Shown here piece after piece: positions 9,986-20,005 of a stretch of DNA of 64,000 nt (positions within the stretch are counted from its first letter, which is position 1; every line of letters begins with the position of its first letter). The notes under the pieces are model-generated. The model was not told where the DNA came from, did not search any database, and saw nothing but the letters and a program-made list of their open reading frames with translations. The stretch is from an uncultured Eubacteriales bacterium (lineage in GTDB: Bacteria > Bacillota > Clostridia > Oscillospirales > Oscillospiraceae). Location: NCBI GenBank assembly GCA_900319935.1, contig ONQJ01000006.1:94-64093 (forward strand). Direction: 5' to 3'. The translations under genes were made by a program, and so were the position numbers.

Positions 9986-11323
9986 ATGAAGAGGAAAGCC
10001 GTGGAAAAGAAATATCCGAAAATCCAAAGAGGGATCTGCGCCGCCGGTCTGACCGTGCTGGCGCTTCTTTTCCTGTTCTGGCTCGGCGACGGGAACGGCG
10101 GGACCGCGCCGGAATTCCTCGCCGCGCTGCTGACGCTGCTGCTGTTCGCGGCGCTGTGCCTGCGCTTCGTGCCGCAGTGGTTTTCCCTGTGGTTCGGCCC
10201 GGAAACAGCCGCGAAAGAGCGTAAGGGGCTTCCGCTTGCGGGCGTCTTTGCCATCGGCCTGGGCTGCGCCTTCGTGCATATCGCGCTGGTCTGGGTGATA
10301 CAGCATTATGTAAACCACGATATGACGCCGCGCGAGTTTGCGGATTTCTGGAAGTGCGCGGACGCCTATCACTATCTCTGCATCGCCCGCGACTGGTACA
10401 TCCCGGAGGGAGACATCGACCGGGTCGTTCAGCTTGTCTTTCTGCCGGGCTACCCGATCGCGGTGAGAGCGATGTTTTTCCTTGCGCGGGATTACATCCT
10501 CGCGGGGATGCTCGTCTCGATCCTGTCCTTCGCAGGAGCTCTGTGCGTGATCTATCGGCTCGTGCTGCTCGATCACGACGAGGGAACGGCGCTGCGCACG
10601 ATAGTCTTTCTGTGCCTGATGCCGGGAGCTTTTTTCTTCACCGCACCGATGAGCGAAAGCTTTTTTCTGCTGCTCTCTGCCGCCTGCCTGTACAGCGCGC
10701 GGAAAGAAAGATGGCTGCTCGCCGGCGTCTTCGGCGCGCTCGCGTCCTTCACGCGCTCTTTGGGCCTGATGCTTTTCGTGCCGCTTTTCATGGAGATGGT
10801 CGCGTCCCTTCTGCACGGCAACAGAAGAGCCTGGCGCGGCGCGGCGGCGCTCGCCCTTGTCCCGATGGGCTTCGCGGCCTATTGCCTGATCAATTACTTC
10901 GTCGCGGGAGACCCCTTCCGCTTCCTCTATTATCAGAAAACGCACTGGTTCCAGGAACTGGGGCTGTTCTTCAACACCGCCGCCTATCAGACGCGCTACG
11001 CGCTCGGCGCGGGTAGAAACGAGCTGATGGGGCTTTGGATCCCCAACCTCGCCGTCATCGTCTTCTCGCTTGCGATCCTGATTTTCGGGGCGAAAAGACT
11101 GCGGGCCAGCTATACGCTTTGGGCCGTCGCCTATTACGTCGTGGCGATCGGCGCGACATGGCTGCTCAGCGCGCCGCGTTATATGGCCGTGCTGCTTCCG
11201 ATCCCGATGTCTCTTGCCTTTCTCGGAGAAAAGAAGAAGCCGAGGATCGCTGCGATCGTGATCCTCGCGCTGTGCGAGCTGTATTATCTTGCGATGTTCG
11301 CGCTGCGACGCAGCGTATGGTGA
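9986..11323 (+). CDS. GT-C fold membrane glycosyltransferase-like protein (PIG-V / mannosyltransferase-like)
   Basis: About 445 aa and polytopic. The segment DAYHYLCIARDWY...LVFLPGYP resembles PIG-V/DUF2029-type transferases. The ATG at 9986 is chosen because the upstream TTG lies inside a hairpin. Confidence 0.6.
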   Translation: MKRKAVEKKYPKIQRGICAAGLTVLALLFLFWLGDGNGGTAPEFLAALLTLLLFAALCLRFVPQWFSLWFGPETAAKERKGLPLAGVFAIGLGCAFVHIALVWVIQHYVNHDMTPREFADFWKCADAYHYLCIARDWYIPEGDIDRVVQLVFLPGYPIAVRAMFFLARDYILAGMLVSILSFAGALCVIYRLVLLDHDEGTALRTIVFLCLMPGAFFFTAPMSESFFLLLSAACLYSARKERWLLAGVFGALASFTRSLGLMLFVPLFMEMVASLLHGNRRAWRGAAALALVPMGFAAYCLINYFVAGDPFRFLYYQKTHWFQELGLFFNTAAYQTRYALGAGRNELMGLWIPNLAVIVFSLAILIFGAKRLRASYTLWAVAYYVVAIGATWLLSAPRYMAVLLPIPMSLAFLGEKKKPRIAAIVILALCELYYLAMFALRRSVW

Positions 11324-11419
11324 ACAATACGCGGCCCGGAGGCCGTATTCTTCATTGACAAGGCCCGGCGAAAAGGATAAACTATTAAAAGAATTTGAAG
11401 AAATTTGAGGTAAACGACA

Positions 11420-12841
11420 ATGACCGGACAACTGAGCTTTTGGGATGTTGAGGTTTGGTCCTTTGTGGTCACGCTCGCCGTGCTTTTCGGCGCGATGCTG
11501 CTGGCCAACGCGCTGCGCCGTCAGATCCCGTTCCTGCGCCGCAGCCTGATCCCGAGCTCGGTGCTCGGCGGTTTTCTGGTGCTCGCCGCCGACGCGGCCT
11601 TCAAGGCGATCTTCGGTCACTCGATGTTCACCACCTCCACGCTCGAGGCTCTGACCTTCCACGGTCTCGGTCTCGGCTTCGTCGCGATGGCGCTGCGTCA
11701 TACCGAAAAGATCAAGGGCAAAAAGGCGCGGCGGGACGTGTTCGCCACCAGCACGGTCGTCGTCGGCTCCTATCTGCTGCAGGCGATGCTGGGCCTGATC
11801 GTCACGGTCGCGCTGTTTTATCTGATCGGCAGCTATGCCGCGGGCGGCGTGCTGCTGCCGATGGGCTACGGCCAGGGACCGGGACAGGCGTATAACTGGG
11901 GCAGCATTTATCAGGGCTATACCGAATATCCCGCGTTCGAAAACGGCGCGAGCTTCGGTCTGACGATCGCGGCGATGGGCTTCATTTCCGCGTCCGTCGG
12001 CGGCGTGTATTATCTCAACAAGCTGCGCCGCGCGGGCGACAAGCGCGCGCAGGTCGTCAACGCCGAGGAGATCGAGGACCTTTCCGCCGAGATGGTGACG
12101 GGCAAGGACGAGATCCCGCTTTCGGAATCGCTCGACAAGCTGACGGTGCAGCTGGGTCTGGTCTTTGTATCCTACTTCCTCGCCTACGCGGCGATGGCGG
12201 GCGTGACCGTTCTGCTCGACCGGGCGGGCGGCTTCGCCGTCAATACGGTCAAGCCGCTGATCTGGGGCTTCAACTTCCTCATCGGCACGGTGTTCGCGAT
12301 CCTGGTGCGCAGCTGCCTTGAAAAGCTCAAGGCCGGCGGCGTCGTCAAACGGGAATATATCAACAACTTCATGCTCAACCGCATTTCCGGCACGATGTTC
12401 GACGTCATGGTCGTGGCCTCGATCGCCGCGATCAACCTCTCCGCTTTCCGCTACAAGGAGTTCTGGGTGCCGCTGATCCTGCTGTGCGCGATCGGCGCTC
12501 TCGCGACCTACTTCTACAACTTCCGCATCTGCCGGAAGCTGTTCCCGGACTATGCGGACGAGGCCTTCCTCTCGCTCTATGGCATGCTGACCGGCACGGC
12601 CAGCACGGGCGTGATCCTGCTGCGTGAGATCGACCCGCTTTATGAAACGCCCGCCTCGCACAACCTGATCTATCAGAATCTGTGGGCGATCGTGCTCGGC
12701 GCGCCGATGCTGCTGCTGCTCGGCTTCGTGGCGCGCAGCATTTCCTGGACCTTCATCGGCATGGGCATCATCGCGGCGCTCTTCGGCATCATGCTGCTGC
12801 TGCAGGCGTGGCTGATCCGCCGGGCGAAGAAGAAACAATAA
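11420..12841 (+). CDS. gltS: sodium/glutamate symporter (ESS family)
   Basis: 473 aa. The N-terminus and overall hydrophobic pattern are typical of GltS (LLANALRRQIPFLRRSLIPSSVLGGFLVL). Confidence 0.8.
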   Translation: MTGQLSFWDVEVWSFVVTLAVLFGAMLLANALRRQIPFLRRSLIPSSVLGGFLVLAADAAFKAIFGHSMFTTSTLEALTFHGLGLGFVAMALRHTEKIKGKKARRDVFATSTVVVGSYLLQAMLGLIVTVALFYLIGSYAAGGVLLPMGYGQGPGQAYNWGSIYQGYTEYPAFENGASFGLTIAAMGFISASVGGVYYLNKLRRAGDKRAQVVNAEEIEDLSAEMVTGKDEIPLSESLDKLTVQLGLVFVSYFLAYAAMAGVTVLLDRAGGFAVNTVKPLIWGFNFLIGTVFAILVRSCLEKLKAGGVVKREYINNFMLNRISGTMFDVMVVASIAAINLSAFRYKEFWVPLILLCAIGALATYFYNFRICRKLFPDYADEAFLSLYGMLTGTASTGVILLREIDPLYETPASHNLIYQNLWAIVLGAPMLLLLGFVARSISWTFIGMGIIAALFGIMLLLQAWLIRRAKKKQ

Positions 12842-12853
12842 GCGATCAGATGC

Positions 12854-12886
12854 AAAAAAACGGACCGTTTTCGGTCCGTTTTTTTG
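12854..12886. terminator. bidirectional rho-independent terminator
   Basis: A-run, ACGGACCG-TTTT-CGGTCCGT, then a T-run. It lies between convergent gltS and the GNAT gene. Confidence 0.8.
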
Positions 12887-12901
12887 TGTAAAGACATCTT
12901 T

Positions 12902-13417
12902 TCACAAGGTCTTTTCCCACCAGAGATTCCCGCTTTGGTACAGAAAGCGGAAGCCGCACTTTTCCAGTACGCGCTGCGAGGCGATGTTGTCCGGCCGCGT
13001 GTCCGCCCGGACCGTTCGGATGCCGAGGCTCTTGCCGAAGTCGAGAAAAGCGCGCAGCGCCTCGGTCATGAAGCCGCGCCCCTCGTAGAGGGGATTGAGC
13101 CCGTAGCCGACCTCGGTGAGGCCGTCCCGCGGGACGTATTTATAGTCGATGGAGCCGATGATGCGGTCGCTTTCCTTCTGGACGATCAAAAACTCGGTAA
13201 AGAAAAGATAATGCTCCGGATCCGCGGCGATCTCGCGCTCGAGCTTGAGAAGAAAGCCGCGCAGCAGATGATCCAGCTCCTCGCCGCGGTAGAGCACGCC
13301 GAAGCGCTCTTCAAAGGCGGACAGATCCGTGTTGAACAGCGCAAGGTTTTCCTGCGTATAGGGGAAAAGGACAAGACGCTCGGTCTCGATCCTGTCGACC
13401 ATCCCTTCGGTATTCAT
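12902..13417 (-). CDS. GNAT family N-acetyltransferase (RimJ/RimL-like)
   Basis: 171 aa. IETERLVLFPY...GYGLNPLYEGRGFMTEALRAFLDF fits the RimJ/RimL-like GNAT pattern. Confidence 0.85.
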   Translation of the reverse strand: MNTEGMVDRIETERLVLFPYTQENLALFNTDLSAFEERFGVLYRGEELDHLLRGFLLKLEREIAADPEHYLFFTEFLIVQKESDRIIGSIDYKYVPRDGLTEVGYGLNPLYEGRGFMTEALRAFLDFGKSLGIRTVRADTRPDNIASQRVLEKCGFRFLYQSGNLWWEKTL

Positions 13418-13420
13418 CGT

Positions 13421-14404
13421 TTATCCTCTCTGTCCGTCGATCCGATGATCGGGAAAGTACTTCTCGACGAAGTCGATCTTTTCCACGCGGAACTCGCGGC
13501 CCTTGAGATACTGAAGGATGCCGGCGTCGGTGGGAAAGTCGAAGACAAGGCGATAGGAATAAAGGGCCTGCCCCTTTTCGTCGAAGCCCTTATTGAAGCG
13601 CTCGCTGCCGTATTTGCCGTCGCCCAGCAGCGGCCAGCCCGCCCAGGCCATCTGCGCGCGGATCTGATGCGTGCGGCCGGTAAGCAGCCGACACTCCACC
13701 AGCGAGAGCTTGCCGGAGGAGCAGAGCGTGCGGTATTCCGTCACGGCCGTGCGCGCGCCGGGCTCGCTTTTCTGTTTTATGTAAACCTGATTGCGGCTCG
13801 CGTCCTTGAACAGATAGTTTTCCAGTCTGCCCTCCGCTGGCTTCGGGCGGCCCTGCACGGCGCAGAGATAGTATTTTTCGATCTCGCGGTCGCGGATTTT
13901 GTCGTTGAGGATGCGCAGCGCCTCGGCGTTCTTGGCGGCGATGACGATGCCGCCGGTGTTGCGGTCGATGCGGTTGCACAGCGCGGGGGCGAAGGCGTTT
14001 TCCTCGCGCGGCCTCCATTCGCCCTTCTGGGCGAGGTAGGCCTGGATGTTGGCGATGAGCGTGTTGTAGTCCCAGACGCCCGCGCTGTGGCACAGCACGC
14101 CCGGCTTTTTGTCGGCAAGGAGGATGTTCTCGTCCTCGTAAACGATCGAAAGGCGCGGCGTGCCGACCTTGAGGTAGGCGTTTTCCTCGCGCGGCTTTTC
14201 AAAGAATTCATCGTTGATATAAAGCTGCAGCAGATCGCCCTCGTTCAGGTGCGTGTCCCGTTTGGCGCCCTTGCCGTTGAGCTTGATGCGCTTGAGGCGG
14301 ATGTACTTCTGCAGCAGCGATTCCGGCAGCAGGGGAACGGCTTTCCCGACAAAGCGGTCGAGCCGCTGGCCGGCGTCGTTTTTCTTGACAATCAGCTCTT
14401 TCAT
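13421..14404 (-). CDS. RluA family pseudouridine synthase with S4 domain
   Basis: The start at MKELIVKK (14404) gives 327 aa. S4-like QRLDRFVGKAV and catalytic NRIDRNTGGIV motifs are present. The longer track ORF starts inside the divergent promoter region. Confidence 0.85.
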   Translation of the reverse strand: MKELIVKKNDAGQRLDRFVGKAVPLLPESLLQKYIRLKRIKLNGKGAKRDTHLNEGDLLQLYINDEFFEKPREENAYLKVGTPRLSIVYEDENILLADKKPGVLCHSAGVWDYNTLIANIQAYLAQKGEWRPREENAFAPALCNRIDRNTGGIVIAAKNAEALRILNDKIRDREIEKYYLCAVQGRPKPAEGRLENYLFKDASRNQVYIKQKSEPGARTAVTEYRTLCSSGKLSLVECRLLTGRTHQIRAQMAWAGWPLLGDGKYGSERFNKGFDEKGQALYSYRLVFDFPTDAGILQYLKGREFRVEKIDFVEKYFPDHRIDGQRG

Positions 14405-14556
14405 GACATGTCCGTCCGCTTGAAAGTTTTTTGTTTTTTGCATTATACAATACAAAAATATGGTTGACAAGTCCCGAAGTCTCAACTATAATATCAAGGC
14501 TGACGTTACCGCGGCATTCTCGCGGCGACAAGGCACGCGGCCATGTGAGGTGCTGT

Positions 14557-15057
14557 ATGAAACTCTCTCTGCGCGAGATCATCGAGATCCCCGGCAAGAG
14601 CGTGGGGTTTTCCTGCGATCTGGGGACGGAGGATCTTGACTTCCCCTCGATCGTTCGATATCTCTCCGCTCCGCACGCCGAAGGGCGGGTATTCAACGAG
14701 GCGGGCGTCCTCCGTCTGGAGGGCGAGATCAGATCGGAACTGCTCTGTATCTGCGACCGCTGCGCATCTGAGTTCGAGACGACTAAAACGACGCCGCTCT
14801 CCGCGGTCATCGTCGAGAAAAACGACGACAACGCAGACGATCCCGAGCTGTTCTTTTTAGACGGCGACGAGATCGACCTGGATGAGATCCTTTCCACGCT
14901 CTTCATCCTGGACGTGGACAGCAAGTTCCTGTGCCGGGAGGACTGCAAAGGGCTTTGCCCGAAGTGCGGGAAGAATCTCAATCTGGGTCTCTGCGGCTGC
15001 GGAAAAGAAACGGATCCAAGATTTGCTGTGCTTGAGCAGCTTTTGGATAAAGACTAA
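14557..15057 (+). CDS. YceD/DUF177 family protein
   Basis: Start at MKLSLREI. C-terminal CREDCKGLCPKCGKNLN zinc-ribbon motif. It sits immediately upstream of rpmF, as in most bacteria. Confidence 0.85.
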   Translation: MKLSLREIIEIPGKSVGFSCDLGTEDLDFPSIVRYLSAPHAEGRVFNEAGVLRLEGEIRSELLCICDRCASEFETTKTTPLSAVIVEKNDDNADDPELFFLDGDEIDLDEILSTLFILDVDSKFLCREDCKGLCPKCGKNLNLGLCGCGKETDPRFAVLEQLLDKD

Positions 15058-15108
15058 GGCGAAATAAAACATAGCTGCTCAAAACAGCTGCGATCAGGAG
15101 GTGTCAAC

Positions 15109-15297
15109 ATGGCAGTCCCGAAAGGAAAAGTATCGCGTCAGAGACGTGACAAGAGACGTTCTTCCACCTGGAAGCTCACGCCCCCCAGCATCGTCAAGTG
15201 CCCCAACTGCGGCGCGTTCTGCATGCCCCATCATGCGTGCAAGGCCTGCGGACAGTACAAGGGCCGTACGGTCATCAATGTTGAGGAAAGCAAGTAA
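15109..15297 (+). CDS. rpmF: 50S ribosomal protein L32
   Basis: 62 aa. MAVPKGKVSRQRRDKRRS...CPNCG...CKACG. Confidence 0.95.
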   Translation: MAVPKGKVSRQRRDKRRSSTWKLTPPSIVKCPNCGAFCMPHHACKACGQYKGRTVINVEESK

Positions 15298-15335
15298 GAC
15301 TTTGTGAAACGAGGAGAGGGCGACCTTTCCTCGTT

Positions 15336-16701
15336 TTGCATAAGCGGCGAAGGGAGGCGGACGAGACGGAAAACCGCATCAAGGCGATCGATCCCACAAG
15401 TCCTCTGCGGGGGAAAGCGGAGATCGGCGAAAGCCTGGTGTCGATCAACGGCAATCGGATCATCGATGTGCTCGACTATAAATTTTTCGCTTACGACCGC
15501 TCTCTTACGGTCGTGCTGCGGCGCGCCGACGGCACGGAGCACAGCGTCCGCGTGAGAAAGACCGAGGGCGGCGACCTGGGGCTGGAGTTCGAGAGCTATC
15601 TGATGGACCGCGCGCGCTCCTGCGCCAACAACTGTGTTTTCTGCTTCATCGACCAGCTGCCTCCCGGCATGCGCCCGACGATGTATTTCAAAGACGACGA
15701 CGCGCGTCTTAGCTTTCTTCTGGGCAACTACATCACGCTCACCAATCTCTCGAAGAGAGAGATTCAGCGCATCATCGACCTGCACATCAGTCCGATCAAC
15801 GTCTCGGTGCACACCACCGATCCCGCGCTGCGCTGCGAAATGCTGCGCAATCCCCGCGCGGGGGAGAGCATCGACGTCATGCGCCGCTTCGCCCGAAGCG
15901 GGATCGTGATGAACTGTCAGATCGTCTGCTGCCCGGGGCTGAACGACGGCGAAGCGCTCGAGCGCACGATGCGCGATCTCGAGGAGATGTATCCCGGCGT
16001 GCACAGCGTTTCCATCGTCCCCGTGGGGCTGACGAAGTTCCGCGAGGGACTGTATCCGCTGACGGCCTTCACGCCCGAGCACGCGGCCGAGACCATCGAA
16101 CAGGTCACCCGCTTTTCCGATCACTGTCTGGAGAAGCACGGCACGCGCATCTTCTTCTGTGGCGACGAGCTCTACCTCAAGGCCGGGCTCGAGCTCCCCG
16201 AGGACGAATTCTACGAGGAGCACACGCAGCTGGAAAACGGCGTGGGCATGATCCGTCTGCTGGAGACCGAGTTCCGCTCTGCGCTGCGCCTCTCCGACGG
16301 CGTGGACGGCGTGCCTTTCTCCATCGCCTGCGGGACCTCGGTCGCGCCGTTCTTTGAAAAGCTCGTTGAGCTGGCAAAAGAAAAGTATCCTGCGCTCGAC
16401 GGCCGGGTCTACGCGATCGAGAACGATTTCTTCGGCCGCAGCATCAACGTCTCCGGCCTGATCACCGGCGGCGATCTGATCGCGCAGCTGAAGGGAAAAG
16501 AGCTCGGCGCGCGAGGAGATGGATTTCCTCGACGACGTGAAGCTCTCGGAGGCCTCCGCGGCGCTCGGCGTGCCGATCTATCCGGTGGAGCAGGACGGCT
16601 TCGCCCTCTTCGACGCGATGGCGGGCGAGCTGCCCGCGCTCAAAGCGCCGCAGGAAAGCCCTGTCGCCGGAGAATTCTATCAGTACAATCAAAACGGATA
16701 A
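15336..16701 (+). pseudogene. DUF512 (radical-SAM/PDZ-like) protein gene, disrupted by an out-of-frame internal deletion
   Basis: The N-terminal 390 aa are in frame 0 (CANNCVFCFIDQLP...LITGGDLIAQLKGKELGA). The conserved C-terminus (EEMDFLDDVKLSEASAALGVPIYPVEQDG...) is in frame +1 at 16513-16701. The junction lies at about 16509-16513. No clear RBS precedes the ATG at 15336. Confidence 0.7.
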
Positions 16702-16715
16702 GGAGGGAGAGGAAA

Positions 16716-18041
16716 ATGTCCAAGCCTCTGGTCGCGATCGTCGGCCGCCCGAACGTGGGCAAGTCGATGCTCTTCAACCGCCTGGTGGGAAAGCGCCTCT
16801 CCATCGTGGAGGATACCCCCGGCGTCACGCGCGACCGGCTTTACGCCGAGTGCGAGTGGTGCGGGAGAAAATTTGATATGGTCGATACCGGCGGCATCGA
16901 GCCGAGCACGGACAGCGAGATCCTGCTGTTCATGCGCGAGCAGGCGCAGATCGCCATCAACGCGGCGGACGTGATCGTGCTGGTCACGGATATCCGCACC
17001 GGCGTGACCGCGGCGGACAAGGACGTGGCCAACATGCTGCTGCGCTCCCGCAAGCCTGTGATCCTGGCCGTCAACAAGGCGGACTCCACCGGCGCGGAGG
17101 ATCCGGCCGTGTACGAGTTCTACGAGCTCGGCCTCGGCGATCCCATCTCCGTCTCAGCCATCCACGGCCACGGCACGGGCGAGCTGCTGGACGCCTGCCT
17201 TGCCCATTTCCCGCCGCAGGAGGAAGAGGAGGAGGAAGACGACAGCATCAAGGTGGCCGTGATCGGCAAGCCGAACGTCGGCAAGTCCTCGCTCATCAAC
17301 CGCATCCTGGGCGAAAAGCGCGTGATCGTCAGCGACATGGCCGGTACGACGCGCGACGCCGTGGACACGCCCTTTGAAAACGACAAGGGCAGATACGTCT
17401 TTATCGACACGGCCGGCATACGCCGCAAATCCAAGGTGGACGAGCGGGTGGAGAAGTTTTCCGTCATGCGCGCGCAGCTCGCCATCGAGCGGGCGGACGT
17501 GTGCGTGATCATGATCGACGCGCGCGACGGCGTGACCGATCAGGACACGAAGATCGCGGGTCTGGCGCACGAGGCCGGCAAGGCCAGCATCATCGTCGTG
17601 AACAAGTGGGATCTCGTCGAAAAAGAGACCGGCACGATGGAAAAGATGCGCAAGGATATCATGCGGGATCTGAGCTTTATGAGCTACGCGCCGATCCTGT
17701 TCATCTCGGCCGCGACCGGACAGCGCACGGACAGGCTCTTCGAACTGATCAACTACGTCAATGAGCAGAGCAGCCTGCGCATCTCCACCGGTATGCTCAA
17801 CGACGTGCTCGCCGACGCGCAGGCGCGCGTGCAGCCTCCCACGGACAAGGGCAGACGCCTGAAGATCTACTACATGACGCAGACAGGCGTCAAGCCGCCC
17901 AACTTCGTGATCTTCTGCAACTCGCGCGAGCTGTTTCATTTCTCGTATCAGCGCTATATCGAAAACCAGATCCGAAGCGTGTTCGGCCTGGAGGGAACGC
18001 CCGTCCGTATCGTGATCCGCCAGAAGGGAGACAAGGAATGA
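16716..18041 (+). CDS. der: ribosome biogenesis GTPase Der (EngA)
   Basis: ATG at 16716 follows AAGGAGGGAGAGG. Two GTPase domains are present (GRPNVGKS and GKPNVGKS, DTAG/DTGG, NKWD/NKAD) plus a KH-like C-terminus. Confidence 0.95.
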   Translation: MSKPLVAIVGRPNVGKSMLFNRLVGKRLSIVEDTPGVTRDRLYAECEWCGRKFDMVDTGGIEPSTDSEILLFMREQAQIAINAADVIVLVTDIRTGVTAADKDVANMLLRSRKPVILAVNKADSTGAEDPAVYEFYELGLGDPISVSAIHGHGTGELLDACLAHFPPQEEEEEEDDSIKVAVIGKPNVGKSSLINRILGEKRVIVSDMAGTTRDAVDTPFENDKGRYVFIDTAGIRRKSKVDERVEKFSVMRAQLAIERADVCVIMIDARDGVTDQDTKIAGLAHEAGKASIIVVNKWDLVEKETGTMEKMRKDIMRDLSFMSYAPILFISAATGQRTDRLFELINYVNEQSSLRISTGMLNDVLADAQARVQPPTDKGRRLKIYYMTQTGVKPPNFVIFCNSRELFHFSYQRYIENQIRSVFGLEGTPVRIVIRQKGDKE

Positions 18042-18682
18042 AATACTGGATCTTCAGTACCCTCACGGCGATAATCGCCTATCTCTTCGGCAGCCTGAAC
18101 ACACAGGTGATCGCCTCCAACTTCGTTTTCCGGACGAACCTGCGCCGTCTGGGCAAGGGAAGCGCGTGGCTGTCCAACTTTCGCCGCGTATACGGCGTCG
18201 GGGGACTGATCAAGCTGGCGCTGATCGAACTGGTGAAGGACGCGGTCCCCGTGATCATCGGCGGAAGGCTGTTCGCGTCGAGCGGCAACGCCGAGGTCGG
18301 ACGCGCGCTCGCGGCCTTCTGTCTGGTCCTGGGGCGCATGTATCCGTCCATCTACGGCTTCCGCGGCAGCTATGCGACCGCCGCGGTCGCGATCGGCGCG
18401 CTGTTCATGAATTTCTCCGTCGGCGCGGCGGTGCTGCTCGTCAGCGTGCTCATCACCTGGGCGACGCGCTATCTTGCCCTCGGCACGCTCGCGGGGGGGA
18501 TCGTTCTGGCTGTGGCCGGCGTCCTCGTCATCGACAATACCCTTGCCGTGAGGCTTTGCTTCTTCATCGGCGTGCTTGTGCTGATCCGCATGGCTCCGGC
18601 TCTTTCCCGCATCGCGGCCCGGAAAGAGGACCGGCTGAGCCTAGAGAAGGACATCAGCTATAAGTTCGACGAACAGATCTGA
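18038..18682 (+). CDS. plsY: glycerol-3-phosphate acyltransferase PlsY
   Basis: 214 aa. AYLFGSLNTQVIASN fits PlsY. Polytopic. ATGA overlap with der. Confidence 0.85.
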   Translation: MKYWIFSTLTAIIAYLFGSLNTQVIASNFVFRTNLRRLGKGSAWLSNFRRVYGVGGLIKLALIELVKDAVPVIIGGRLFASSGNAEVGRALAAFCLVLGRMYPSIYGFRGSYATAAVAIGALFMNFSVGAAVLLVSVLITWATRYLALGTLAGGIVLAVAGVLVIDNTLAVRLCFFIGVLVLIRMAPALSRIAARKEDRLSLEKDISYKFDEQI

Positions 18683-18688
18683 TCATTA

Positions 18689-18722
18689 CGAAAGCCGCGG
18701 CCCGTGCCGCGGCTTTCGTTTT
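18689..18722 (+). terminator. rho-independent terminator after plsY
   Basis: CGAAAGCCGCGGC...GCCGCGGCTTTCG followed by TTTT. Confidence 0.8.
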
Positions 18723-18889
18723 GCCCGAGCGGAAGGAAATCTGAAAAATCCTTAAGAGAAGCTCCGTATGCTGTCAATACGGAAAGAATTGGTGTATAGT
18801 ACGATCAGAGGAAAATATTTCTTGAAACTTTTTCCTTTCGTTCGCGTCTATATGATTGGTCGATCCCGGTGAGAAAGGAGGCACTGCGA

Positions 18890-19594
18890 ATGGAGCAAGC
18901 ACCTGCTACGCCGGAAACAGAAAAAGAAAAGCGCAGAAAATGGATCCTCCTGATCGCGATGCTGCTCTCGCTCGCCGTGCTGATCACCTCGATCGTCTTT
19001 CTGGCGAGGATCAAAGGCTGGGTCGGAGGAAGCGAGAGCTCGAGCCTTCTGAGCATCGTGGACGACGATACGGCCGCGCCGGAGGATCAGAAGCAGACGC
19101 TGAGCTTCATCGACGACGAGCACATGGTCGACGAGCGCTGCGCCGCGGAGCTTGAAGCGCTGCTTGCCGCCTGCCGCGGCGCGGGCTTCGAGCCGATCGT
19201 TACGGCGGCCTACCGCAGCGCGAGCGAACAGAGAGAGCTGTTCAACACGCTCGCCGACAGCTATATGGAGCAGGGAGCCGACGCCGAGAGCGCCAGGCGG
19301 ATGGCACAGAAAAAGATCCCCCTGCCCGGCCACAGCGAGCACCAGCTCGGCCTTGCCGTTGACCTCGCCGACGCGCGGGGAGACGCGGCGGAGCAGAGCG
19401 GCCTTTGGGACTGGCTTTCTTCGCACGCATGGGAGTACGGCTTTATCCTGCGCTATCCCGAGGGAAAGGAGACCGTCACCGGCCACGGCTTCGAGCCGGA
19501 GCACTACCGCTTTGTCGGGACCTCCGCCGCCAAGCAGATCCGGGAACTGGATCTTAGCCTGGAGGAATATGTGTCCATGTTCTACTCCAAATAA
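18890..19594 (+). CDS. M15 family D-alanyl-D-alanine carboxypeptidase (VanY-like) with N-terminal anchor
   Basis: ATG at 18890 follows AAAGGAGG. Motifs SEHQLGLAVDL and EYGFILRYPEGKE...EPEHYRFVG are present. Confidence 0.85.
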   Translation: MEQAPATPETEKEKRRKWILLIAMLLSLAVLITSIVFLARIKGWVGGSESSSLLSIVDDDTAAPEDQKQTLSFIDDEHMVDERCAAELEALLAACRGAGFEPIVTAAYRSASEQRELFNTLADSYMEQGADAESARRMAQKKIPLPGHSEHQLGLAVDLADARGDAAEQSGLWDWLSSHAWEYGFILRYPEGKETVTGHGFEPEHYRFVGTSAAKQIRELDLSLEEYVSMFYSK

Positions 19595-19648
19595 ACGGTT
19601 TACATAATAATATGATCCAAAGCCCGGGAGCTATGCTCCCGGGCTTTT

Positions 19649-20005
19649 TCACAGCAGTCTGATCAGCGTGAGAACGACGAGGCAGGAGAGCGCGCCCAAC
19701 AGGAAGGGGACGAGAAAACGGAGGAGCTTTTCCTCTCGCGGGGGGACGCAGTCCGAAACATACGAGAGGGCGGCCTCCTTCGCTTCGCGCAGCAGCTGTT
19801 TCCGGTCGACGCCCCGGCGGGTAAAGAGATCATCGCAAAGTATGAATATTGCCTCCTTGAAATACTCGGTATTCGGTGACTTTACGATGATCACATTGCC
19901 CGCGCTGCCACGGATCACCTCCTTTTCCCTGTTTTCCTTCCTGCTGCGCGGACGAGCGAAGAACAGGCTCAGACCTTCTCTGAGCGCGCCCATGAAGCCG
20001 TTCAT
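19649..20005 (-). CDS. hypothetical protein with C-terminal transmembrane helix
   Basis: 118 aa. The start overlaps the spoIIE stop by 4 nt. C-terminal segment FLVPFLLGALSCLVVLTLIRLL is hydrophobic. No family recognised. Confidence 0.55.
   Translation of the reverse strand: MNGFMGALREGLSLFFARPRSRKENREKEVIRGSAGNVIIVKSPNTEYFKEAIFILCDDLFTRRGVDRKQLLREAKEAALSYVSDCVPPREEKLLRFLVPFLLGALSCLVVLTLIRLL

Noticed and set aside
9866-12838. 990-aa ORF on the minus strand spanning the glycosyltransferase-like gene, an intergenic gap and gltS
   Set aside because: It is antisense to two well-supported membrane-protein genes. Its translation is low-complexity and rich in Arg, Asp, Glu, His and Gln, with no recognisable motif. 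It has no RBS. This is a typical high-GC shadow ORF.
15336-18041. 901-aa ORF as a genuine DUF512-Der fusion protein
   Set aside because: The linker is out-of-frame nonsense. The true DUF512 C-terminus is in another frame. Der has its own RBS and ATG.
18683-18889. Expected gpsA after der-plsY is absent
   Set aside because: plsY is followed by a clean terminator and an unrelated gene. gpsA is probably elsewhere in the genome. Synteny varies among Firmicutes, so this is not treated as a finding.
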